Positions 50,182-58,378 of a stretch of 64,000 nucleotides of DNA are shown piece by piece (within the stretch, counting starts at the first letter, position 1; each line of letters starts with the position of its first letter). The translations under genes and the position numbers were made by a program. The DNA is from an uncultured Actinomycetota bacterium (lineage in GTDB: Bacteria; Actinomycetota; Actinomycetes; JAHEKZ01): the NCBI GenBank assembly GCA_963718235.1, contig CAVQYR010000002.1, positions 96,001 through 160,000 of the forward strand, read 5' to 3'. The notes under the pieces are model-generated. The model did not search any database. It was not told the origin of the DNA and worked only from the letters and a program-made list of their open reading frames with translations.

Positions 50182-51315
50182 TCAGGCGAGCTGCTCGACC
50201 ACGGCGTCGATGCAGCGGGTGAGTGCCACGATGTCGTCGGGCTCGATCGACGGGAACATGGCGATTCGCAGCTGGTTGCGACCCAGCTTGCGGTAGGGCT
50301 CGGTGTCGACGACGCCGTGGGCGCGCAGCACCTTGGAGATGACGGCGGCATCGACGTCGTCACTGAAGTCGATCGTGCCGATCACGTTGGACCGCTTGGC
50401 GGGGTCGCTGACGTACGCCGAGGTGTAGCTCGTGCGGTCGGCCCAGGAGTACAGCGCCTCAGCCGAAGCGGCGCTGCGGCCGGTCGAGAAGGCCAGGCCA
50501 CCGTTGGCGTTGAACCAGTCGACCTGCTCGCCCATCATGAAGATCGTGCCCAGGGCCGGGGTGTTGTAGGTCTGGTCCTTGACCGAGTTGTCGATCGCGG
50601 TCTGCAGGTCGAGGAACGCGGGGATGTACCGGTCGGTGGCGGCGATCTCGGCAGCGCGCTCGAGCGCCTTCGGAGACATGAGGGCGAACCAGATGCCGCC
50701 GTCGCTGCCGAACGCCTTCTGCGGTGCGAAGTAGTAGACGTCGAACGCGGCCGCGTCGACGGGGAGTCCACCGGCCGCCGAGGTGGCGTCCCACACCATG
50801 AGCGCGTCGTCGTCAGCACCGGGCGCACGCACGACCTCGATCGCAACGCCGGTCGACGTCTCGTTCTGCGGCGCTGCGTACACGTCGATGCCGGCCTCGG
50901 AGGACCAGGTGGGTGCGTCGCCCGGCTCGCTCGTCAGCACCGACGGGTCGGACAGCCACGGCGCGGTCTGCACGGCCTTGACGAACTTCGAGCCGAACTC
51001 ACCGAACGCCAGGTGCTGGCTCCTGGTCCGGACCAGGCCGAACGCGGCGACCTCCCAGAAGGCGGTCGAGCCACCGTTGCCCAGGACCACCTCGTAGCCG
51101 TCGGGAAGGGAGAACAGGTCGCGCAGCCCCGCCCGGACCCGGCCCACCTCGCGCTTGACCGGCGCCTGCCGGTGGGACGTGCCGAGGAAGTCCTGCCAGC
51201 GACCGGCCAGGGCGTCGACCTGGGCCTGTCGGACCTTGCTGGGCCCGGCGCCGAAGCGTCCGTCACCAGGCAGCAGGTCGGCGGGCAGCGTGATGTCAGC
51301 GGGGTCCTTGGGCAT
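50182..51315 (-). CDS. serC: Phosphoserine aminotransferase
   Basis: DGRFGAGPSKVR, GTSHRQ, NETSTGV, DATS, FAPQKAF, QTYNTP, YRKLGRNQLRI. Confidence 0.95.
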   Translation of the reverse strand: MPKDPADITLPADLLPGDGRFGAGPSKVRQAQVDALAGRWQDFLGTSHRQAPVKREVGRVRAGLRDLFSLPDGYEVVLGNGGSTAFWEVAAFGLVRTRSQHLAFGEFGSKFVKAVQTAPWLSDPSVLTSEPGDAPTWSSEAGIDVYAAPQNETSTGVAIEVVRAPGADDDALMVWDATSAAGGLPVDAAAFDVYYFAPQKAFGSDGGIWFALMSPKALERAAEIAATDRYIPAFLDLQTAIDNSVKDQTYNTPALGTIFMMGEQVDWFNANGGLAFSTGRSAASAEALYSWADRTSYTSAYVSDPAKRSNVIGTIDFSDDVDAAVISKVLRAHGVVDTEPYRKLGRNQLRIAMFPSIEPDDIVALTRCIDAVVEQLA

Positions 51316-51382
51316 GCGCCCAGCCTAGGGGCCGCCGCGACGACGTCCAGCGGCTGTCCCGCGGGGTGGAACGGGCTGCGGG

Positions 51383-52504
51383 TCAGATGGCGTAGCTGGG
51401 CTTGACCTCGCGGTCCCAGCCCTCGACGTCCTCCGGACGCCGCGGTGGGGGGCCGACGTAGCGGGCCGACGGCCGGATCAGCCGACCGGTGCGCTTCTGC
51501 TCCATGACGTGCGCCGACCAGCCCGCGGTGCGCGCGCAGGAGAACATCGGCGTGAACATGTGCGGCGGAACCTCGGCGAAGTCCAGCACCACGGCCGACC
51601 AGAACTCCACGTTGGTGGCGATGACCCGGTCGGGACGCCGCTCGGCGAGGATCCGCAGCGCCGCCTCCTCGAGCTTCTCGGCGACCTCGAAGCGAGGCGC
51701 GTTCAGGTCGCGTGCCGTGCGCCGGAGCACGCGGGCGCGCGGGTCCTCGGCGCGGTAGACCCGGTGGCCGAAGCCCATCAGCCGCTCGTTGCGGTCGAGC
51801 ACACCCTTGACGTACCCCTCGGCGTCGCCGTCACGCTCGACGGCCTCCAGCATGTAGAGCACGCGAGACGGCGCCCCGCCGTGGAGTGGCCCGGACATGG
51901 CGCCCACCGCCCCCGACAGCGCGGCCGCGACGTCGGCGCCGGTCGACGCGATCACGCGTGCGGTGAAGGTCGACGCGTTCATGCCGTGCTCGGCGGCGGA
52001 GACGAAGTAGGCGTCGACGGCCTTGACGTGGTCGGGGTCCGGCTCGCCACGCCAGCGCTTCATGAACCGCTCGACCACGGTCTGGGCCTTGTCGATCTCA
52101 CGCTGCGGAACCATCGGCAGGCCGATGCCCCGTGCCGACTGGGCGACGTACGACAGCGCCATCACCGAGGCGCGGGCGAGGTCGTCGCGCGCCTCGTCGT
52201 CCTCCGCGTCCAGGAGCGGACGCAGGCCCCACGACGGCGCGAGCATCGCCAGCGCGCTCTGCACGTCGACCCGGACGTCACCGGAGTGGACCGGGATCGG
52301 GAAGGGCTCGGCCGGGGGCAGCCCCGGGTTGAACTCGTTGTCGACCAGGAGCCCCCACACGTTGCCGAAGGACACGCGCCCGACCAGATCCTCGATGTCG
52401 ACGCCCCGGTAGCGCAGGGCGTTGCCCTCCTTGTCCGGCTCGGCGATCTCGGTCTCGAAGGCGATGACCCCTTCGAGGCCCGGCGTGAAGTCCGGGTCCG
52501 CCAT
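51383..52504 (-). CDS. citA: Citrate synthase 2
   Basis: PGLEGV, AEHGMNASTF, GPLHGGA, MGFGHRVY, NVEFW, RLIRP; SD aaggaggg. Confidence 0.93.
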   Translation of the reverse strand: MADPDFTPGLEGVIAFETEIAEPDKEGNALRYRGVDIEDLVGRVSFGNVWGLLVDNEFNPGLPPAEPFPIPVHSGDVRVDVQSALAMLAPSWGLRPLLDAEDDEARDDLARASVMALSYVAQSARGIGLPMVPQREIDKAQTVVERFMKRWRGEPDPDHVKAVDAYFVSAAEHGMNASTFTARVIASTGADVAAALSGAVGAMSGPLHGGAPSRVLYMLEAVERDGDAEGYVKGVLDRNERLMGFGHRVYRAEDPRARVLRRTARDLNAPRFEVAEKLEEAALRILAERRPDRVIATNVEFWSAVVLDFAEVPPHMFTPMFSCARTAGWSAHVMEQKRTGRLIRPSARYVGPPPRRPEDVEGWDREVKPSYAI

Positions 52505-52679
52505 GCGGCCCTCCTTGTCGTGGTGCGTGCGGTGGTGCGTGCGGTGGTACTGGTCGGAGTCGGCCGATCCCTCGGCCCGTCCGCCGTACGACGTCGTACG
52601 GCGGCTATCTAACCCGACGCAGGTGACCGGCCGGTAACCCGCCGTCGGTCCGGGCCCCGGTCGGCGGGATCATGGACGC

Positions 52680-53339
52680 ATGGACCCCCTTGCCCTTGCC
52701 GCCCTCCGCCGCAGCTACGAGCTGGCCGGGCTCGACGAGGCCGACGTCTCCACCGACCCGATCGCCCAGTTCGAGCACTGGTTGGCCGATGCCGTGGCCG
52801 CCGAGCTCATGGAGCCCAACGCCATGGTGCTCGCCACCGCTGACCCGTCTGGGCGGCCGAGCGCGCGGACCGTGCTGCTCAAGGGACTCCTGCCCGGGCC
52901 CGGCGGGCCGGGGTTCGCGTTCTTCACCAACTACGGCTCCCGCAAGGCCCGCGAGCTCACGGCCAACGGTCAGGCATCGCTGCTGTTCCCCTGGATCGAC
53001 CTCGAGCGCCAGGTGATCGTGGTGGGCGACGTCGAGCGGCTGTCTGCGGCGGCCAACGAGGAGTACTTCCACGCCCGTCCGCACGGTCACCAGCTCGGTG
53101 CGTGGGCCTCGCGGCAGAGTGAGGTCGTGGCCTCCCGTTCCCAGCTGGAGGACGAGTACGCGCGGCTGGTCGAGCAGTACCCCGAAGGAGTCGCCGTACC
53201 GGTCCCTGGCTTCTGGGGTGGTTTCCGCGTGGTGCCGACGTCGATCGAGTTCTGGCAGGGGCGGGGCAACCGGTTGCACGACCGCCTCCGCTACCGCCGC
53301 GACGACGGTGCGTGGACCATCGAGCGGCTGTCGCCCTGA
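52680..53339 (+). CDS. pdxH: Pyridoxamine 5'-phosphate oxidase
   Basis: EPNAMVLAT, ARTVLLKG, FFTNYGSRK, ERQV, EFWQGR..RLHDR. Confidence 0.95.
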   Translation: MDPLALAALRRSYELAGLDEADVSTDPIAQFEHWLADAVAAELMEPNAMVLATADPSGRPSARTVLLKGLLPGPGGPGFAFFTNYGSRKARELTANGQASLLFPWIDLERQVIVVGDVERLSAAANEEYFHARPHGHQLGAWASRQSEVVASRSQLEDEYARLVEQYPEGVAVPVPGFWGGFRVVPTSIEFWQGRGNRLHDRLRYRRDDGAWTIERLSP

Positions 53340-53429
53340 CCGTGCTGCCGTGACGCCCGACAGCGCCGTCGGTGCTGACGTCCGGTGCCGGTTCAGTGGC
53401 CGGTTCACTGGCCGGTAGCCTGCCGCCCC

Positions 53430-53612
53430 ATGGAACGTTCGAAGCTCCTTGCCGTCGGCTTCGCCCTGCTCGGCGCCTTCGCCGGGGCCTTCCTCGGCGC
53501 CCGGCTGTTCTCCGGCGGCCTGCTCGTCTTCGCCTGCCTCGTCGTCGGGGCGGTCGTCGGGTGGTTCGGTGGGTCCGCAGCGGCGGTGCGGCAGCGCAGC
53601 GGCGACTCGTGA
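53430..53612 (+). CDS. Small two-TM membrane protein (60 aa)
   Basis: MERSKLLAVGFALLGAFAGAFLGA...; TAGCCT upstream. Confidence 0.6.
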   Translation: MERSKLLAVGFALLGAFAGAFLGARLFSGGLLVFACLVVGAVVGWFGGSAAAVRQRSGDS

Positions 53613-53619
53613 GCGGACA

Positions 53620-53845
53620 AGGACGATCCGCGGGCCCGGTCGGCACGGCGTGCGTGCAGCAACCGAAGAGCCGGGGGACAAGGCCCGGCGCCCGCGGATC
53701 GGGTGACTGCCCGGTACTGGCCGGCCGCGGCACCGCTCGCGCGGGTGCATGACGCCGGTCGTGGACCGAGGGTCAGCGGCTAGCTGGCAGCCACCTCACG
53801 TGTCCTGGATGTACTCAAGCCTGGACCACCTCCTCTCCTGTGTAC
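53620..53845 (-). ncRNA. Candidate structured sRNA carrying a 12-codon ORF (53780-53818)
   Basis: Minus strand: -10 TACCGT, SD AGGAGAGGAGGT, TTG..TAG (MSTSRTREVAAS), closing 12-bp stem 53624-53635/53690-53701. Confidence 0.5.
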
Positions 53846-53899
53846 CGACGACGGTAGAGCCCGACCGCTCTGCTGGCTACCCCCTTTCGACGCCGTGCG

Positions 53900-55144
53900 G
53901 TGACGACTGACGTGGCGGGGTTCGTCGCCGACGTCACACCGCTTCGGGTCAGCCGCCCGTACCGCCGCCTCTGGGCTGGTTCGACGGTCGCCCAGCTCGG
54001 CCAGCAGATGGCGGCTGTCGCCGTCGCGCTCCAGGTGTACGCGATCACCGGGTCGAGCTTCGCCGTCGGCATGGTAGGACTGGCTGCGCTCGGTCCGCTG
54101 GTGGTGTTCGGCCTGTACGGCGGGTCGATCGCCGACGCGCACGACCGTCGCCGGGTGCTGCTGGTCGCGTCGCTCGGGCTGTGGCTGTGCTCGATGGCGC
54201 TGTTCCTCCAGGCCTGGCTGGGCCTGGCGAACGTGTGGGTGCTGTACCTCGTGGTCGCCGTGCAGTCCGGGTTCTTCGCGGTGAGCAACCCGGCCCGGTC
54301 GGCGATCATCCCGAGGTTGGTGGGAGCGAAGCTGCTGCCGGCGGCCAACGCGCTCACCACGGCGTCGTGGACCCTCGGTTTCACCGTCGGCCCTCTCATG
54401 GCGGGTCTGCTCGTGGGTGCGTACGGGTACGCCACCACCTTCGCCGTCGACGTCCTGACCTTCACCGCCGCGCTGTACGCAGTGGCCCGGCTGCCCTCGG
54501 TACCGCCGGAGGGTGAGGTGTCGCGGGCCGGGCTGCGCAGCGTGCTCGAGGGGCTGCGCTTCCTGCGGACCCGGCGCAACCTGCTCATGACGTTCCTGGT
54601 CGACCTCGCTGCGATGGTCCTGGCCCAGCCCCGGGCCCTGTTCCCTGCGCTCGCCGTATCGGTCTACGGCGGCGGACCATCCACCGTCGGTCTGTTGTCG
54701 GCGGCGCCCGCCTTCGGTGCCTTCGCAGGGGCGATCTTCTCCGGCTGGGTCGGCCGCGTGCGTCGGCAGGGACGGATGATCGTGCTGATGGTCATGGCCT
54801 ACGGCGCTGCGGTGGCAGGGTTCGGGCTGTCGAGCACGCTGTGGCTGGGTGTCGTGTTCTTGGCCCTTTCCGGTGCCTTCGACACGGTGAGCGCGGTGTT
54901 CCGCACGACGATCCTGCAGGTCGCAACCCCAGACGACCTGCGCGGTCGGCTGCAGGGTGTGTTCATCGTTGTGGTCGCGGGCGGTCCGCGGCTCGGCGAC
55001 GCTGTGTCGGGAACCTCGGGCACTGTGCTCGGTACGCGGTTCGCCGTCGTCGCGGGCGGTGTGGCCTGCATCGGTGCGGTGTCCCTGCTCGCCGCCCGCT
55101 TCCCGGCGTTCCTTCGCTACGACGCCGAGAACCCGATCCCCTGA
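53900..55144 (+). CDS. MFS transporter (EntS/MFS_3-like)
   Basis: YRRLWAG, GGSIADAHDRRRV, TPDDLRGRLQG, GGPRLGD. Confidence 0.9.
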   Translation: MTTDVAGFVADVTPLRVSRPYRRLWAGSTVAQLGQQMAAVAVALQVYAITGSSFAVGMVGLAALGPLVVFGLYGGSIADAHDRRRVLLVASLGLWLCSMALFLQAWLGLANVWVLYLVVAVQSGFFAVSNPARSAIIPRLVGAKLLPAANALTTASWTLGFTVGPLMAGLLVGAYGYATTFAVDVLTFTAALYAVARLPSVPPEGEVSRAGLRSVLEGLRFLRTRRNLLMTFLVDLAAMVLAQPRALFPALAVSVYGGGPSTVGLLSAAPAFGAFAGAIFSGWVGRVRRQGRMIVLMVMAYGAAVAGFGLSSTLWLGVVFLALSGAFDTVSAVFRTTILQVATPDDLRGRLQGVFIVVVAGGPRLGDAVSGTSGTVLGTRFAVVAGGVACIGAVSLLAARFPAFLRYDAENPIP

Positions 55145-55169
55145 CCGCTGTTCGGTGCCGCAGGCACGG

Positions 55170-55707
55170 CTACCAGTCGTCGCCGCTTCGGCCCAGGCAG
55201 GTGATCGACGACGACAACGCCACGTCGGCACTGGGACCGAACCGGAGCACCATGAGACCGTCGTCCTCGTCCTCGGTGCGGTACGTCGCGTCATGGTCAC
55301 GCACGTACGAGGGGCCGCTCCAGCGCTCCCAGCCCGACCGGGCGTAGAAGCCGGGCCGGCCGGTGGACAGCGCACCGAGCTCGTAGCGGGCGCGCACGTG
55401 CGTGGACAGCCGGGTCAACATCGTCCGGCCGATCCCGTCTCGCTGCCGCTGCGGGCGGACGGCGACGCCCTCCACGTAGCCCGCGCGGAACGGCTGCTCA
55501 CCAACGGTGATCGGCCGTGGGACGACGGCCGCGTGGCCCACGACGTCGCCGTCGTGGAAGGCGAGCACGCGCTCGCCCCCGAACGTGTGCTCCCAGTCCT
55601 CGTCGCTGAACCGGTCACCGAAGGCGGCCATGCACACGGCTCCGTGCGGCCGACAGGAGGTCGGGCTCCAGCGAAGGATCGTCGACCAGGCTCAGCCGTC
55701 GACCCAT
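55170..55707 (-). CDS. Aminoglycoside 2'-N-acetyltransferase-like GNAT (one apparent +1 insertion at ~55641)
   Basis: F...DWEHTFGG, HAAVV.R, GYVEGVAV, Y.LGALS, GW.RW.GP, DDG, R.GD.W match the AAC(2')-I family pattern. Confidence 0.78.
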
Positions 55708-56051
55708 GCCCGCAGCACGTAGGTGACTGTCTGGTCCAGGGTCCAGCCCTCGGCCTCCGCCTTCTTGCGGGCCGCCTTGCGCAGCTTCTTGGGGACGGTG
55801 ACCTCGAAGGTCACCTGCTCGGCCCGCTTGCCGTCGTCCTTGGGCTTGCTCGGCTTGGCTGCCTTGCGGGCGCGCAGGTCGCCCGGCTTGTACGTCGCCG
55901 GCTCGCTCGGCGAGTCAGGTGCTGGTGGCGCGGCCGGTGCGTGAGGGGCGGGGTGCAGGTGCTTGGTGGCCGCGGCCCTCGGGGCGGCCGGGTGCATGCC
56001 CCCGTCGGGGGCCTTCTGCAGGGCGGGGCGCGGTTCGGGGCGTCGGCTCAT
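55692..56051 (-). CDS. Small protein with disordered N-terminus and predicted ribbon-helix-helix C-terminus
   Basis: QVTFEVTVPKKLRKAARKKAEAEGWTLDQTVTYVLRAWV; SD aggagga; ATGA-coupled to the corrected parA stop. Confidence 0.7.
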   Translation of the reverse strand: MSRRPEPRPALQKAPDGGMHPAAPRAAATKHLHPAPHAPAAPPAPDSPSEPATYKPGDLRARKAAKPSKPKDDGKRAEQVTFEVTVPKKLRKAARKKAEAEGWTLDQTVTYVLRAWVDG

Positions 56052-56849
56052 CGGCGTCCTCCTGTGCTGGGTGCCTGGCCGAGTGAGCTGCGCTCAGTCG
56101 GTGTTGCCAAGACCTTGTCGAGGTAGCCGTCGAGGATCCGCGACACCTCGCGACCGGCGTTCGTGCGCCACTGCTGCACCGGCGTGCAGGCACCGGCGGC
56201 CTGCTGCATCACGCTGCGGTCGGGAAGCGCCGGCTGCAGCAGCTGTTCGCCGTATGCGAGGGCGAGCTCGGCGAGGCGGTACCGGTGCTCGGCCGAGTGC
56301 GGGGCGCACCCGGTTGACCACGATGCCCGCCAGCGCGAGGCGCAGGTTGAACGCGCGCATCACCTCGACGGCCTCGACGGCCTGCGACGCGCCCTGCAGG
56401 GCGAACAGGCTCGGCTCGGTGACGACCAGGGCGAGGTCGCTTGCGGCTAGCGCGTTGCGGGTCAGCTCACCCAGGGCCGGGGGCGTGTCGAGCAGGACGA
56501 TGTCGTAGTGCTCGAGCCCCTGCATGGTGACCCGGAGCCGCAGTGCACCCTCACCCTCGGGGACGGCGCGGTGCTCCAGTGAGCGCTCGCTGGCCACGAC
56601 ATCGAGCTGGTCACCCCAGCCGCTCGCAGTGATGGCCTGGGTGAGCACCCCGGCCCGACCGTCGGCGAGGACGTCGTTGCTGGTGAACTCCACGTGCGTG
56701 GGATCGAGTACGACCGTGGCGTTGGCCTGCGGATCGAGGTCGACCACGAGGGTGCGCAGCCCGCGGGTCATCGCCGCCCCGGCCAGGCCGAGGGTCACGG
56801 TCGTCTTGCCCACGCCCCCCTTGAGGCTGAGCACGCTGATGATTCGCAC
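56048..56849 (-). CDS. ParA/Soj family ATPase (one apparent +1 insertion at 56301-56304)
   Basis: KGGVGKTT deviant Walker A, DLDPQANAT, DTPP, GIVVN; corrected frame continues RPHSAEHRYRL...LPDRSVMQQA to TGA at 56048. Confidence 0.88.
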
Positions 56850-56897
56850 CCGGGCAGGTTACGGGGTCGTCGGGTGGCGCCGTCGGCACGCCGGTGG

Positions 56898-56961
56898 CCG
56901 GGTCACCCGCCCGGGTCACTCGCCCGGGTCACTCGCCCGGGTCACTCGCCCGGGTCACCCG
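56898..56961. repeat. Non-coding 13-bp tandem repeat x~5 upstream of parA
   Basis: ccgggtcac[c/t]cgc starting at 56898, 56911, 56924, 56937, 56950. Confidence 0.9.
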
Positions 56962-57109
56962 ACGGTCGCTGCTGCTTCAGTGCCTAGGTCGGTCCGGAGG
57001 ATCGCGCTGACGACGACTCGGGTGCTGGGCGTCCACAGCCCGCATCTGGCCCAGTCTGTCCACAGCCTGAGTTCGCGGCGGCGATCCCCGAAGGGCAGGT
57101 CGGTAGTGT

Positions 57110-57125
57110 TCGAACATGTGTTCGA
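57110..57125. promoter_or_regulatory. LexA (SOS) box
   Basis: Perfect actinobacterial consensus TCGAAC-ATGT-GTTCGA overlapping the ATG, just after -10 TAGTGT. Confidence 0.88.
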
Positions 57126-58378
57126 GTCGATCAGCACTGGCGACTGACTGGTGGGGTGCCCCCGGTGTGCCACCGACATCGTTGGAGCTGGGTGCCGAGG
57201 TGGAGTACCTCGCTCGCACGTTCGTGGCGCGCGCGCAGGTGCAGCCGCTCGGCTGCCAGCTGGTCGGGCTGCGCCAGCTGATCGACCAGCTCGAGGGGGT
57301 CTGGGCGCCGCGGACGGTCGCCTTCGACGAAGCGGGCGGCCCGGCCGACGACGGCGCTGGCTCGCTCGCGGCGTGGATCCGGCACCGCTGCCGGATCGCC
57401 CCCGGTGAGGCGCAGGCACGGGCCCGGGTCGCCCACGCCATGGCGACCGGGCCGATGACGACGACCGGCGAGGCCCTGCGTGACGGCACGATCTCGTGGC
57501 GGCACGCTGAGGTGATCGAGCGCACGCTGCGCGACGTGCCCGCCGAGCGGCGCCAGGAGGCCGAACGGGCGCTGCAGGAGCCGGCCAAGGCCCTCGACCC
57601 GATGCTGCTCAGGCGGGTCGGGGCCGAGCTGCTGCACCGGCTCGACGCCGACCGGGCCGACCGGGCCGCCGTCCGCCGGCTGGAGCGGCGGGGGCTGGAC
57701 CTCGCGGAGACGTTCGACGGCATGGTCGCGGTGTCCGGTCTGCTCGACCCGGTAGCCGGCGCCACCGTGCTGGCCGCGGTCGATGCGATCGTCACCCCCA
57801 CGCGCGGCGATACGTCCGACGAGCGGTCCTGGGCGCAGCGCCGGGCCGACGCACTCACCCAGATCTGTCGCTCGTCCCTCGACGCCGGCGACGCGCCTCT
57901 CGGGGGCGGCGTGCGGCCGCACCTTTCGGTGATCGTCGACCTCGCCGTGCTGCGCAAGCAGCCGGGCTGTGGCACCGCAGAGCTGTCGTGGTCCGGGCCG
58001 ATCACGAGCGAGCAGGCGCGGATGCTGGCCTGCGACTCAGGCGTCTCCCGGATCGTGACCGACGGCCCCGGTCGGGTGCTCGACGTCGGACGGGTCACCC
58101 GCTCGATCCCCCCGGCGATCCGCCGCGCTGTGGTCGCCCGTGACCGGCACTGCGTGGCGTCGGGCTGCTACGCCTCGTCCCAGCACTGCGACGTGCACCA
58201 CAAGGTGTTCTGGGAGGACGGCGGGGCGACGTCGCTCGCCAACTGCGTGCTGCTGTGCCGCCGACATCACGGTTTCGTGCACCTGCGTGGCTGGACGGTC
58301 GCAGAGCGCGACGACGGATCGCAGACGCTGGTGCCACCTCGGCCGGAGCGCGACGGTCGAGCGCCGCCGGGCTTCTAG
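57116..58378 (+). CDS. DUF222/13E12-repeat HNH endonuclease
   Basis: QRRADAL, RPHLSVIVD, LACD, LDVGR, ARDRHC..SGC, CDVHH..W.DGG.T.LAN..LLCRRHH..VH. Confidence 0.92.
   Translation: MCSSRSALATDWWGAPGVPPTSLELGAEVEYLARTFVARAQVQPLGCQLVGLRQLIDQLEGVWAPRTVAFDEAGGPADDGAGSLAAWIRHRCRIAPGEAQARARVAHAMATGPMTTTGEALRDGTISWRHAEVIERTLRDVPAERRQEAERALQEPAKALDPMLLRRVGAELLHRLDADRADRAAVRRLERRGLDLAETFDGMVAVSGLLDPVAGATVLAAVDAIVTPTRGDTSDERSWAQRRADALTQICRSSLDAGDAPLGGGVRPHLSVIVDLAVLRKQPGCGTAELSWSGPITSEQARMLACDSGVSRIVTDGPGRVLDVGRVTRSIPPAIRRAVVARDRHCVASGCYASSQHCDVHHKVFWEDGGATSLANCVLLCRRHHGFVHLRGWTVAERDDGSQTLVPPRPERDGRAPPGF

Noticed and set aside
56898-56961. CRISPR array
   Set aside because: Repeats are 13 bp and contiguous with no spacers; no cas genes in the window.
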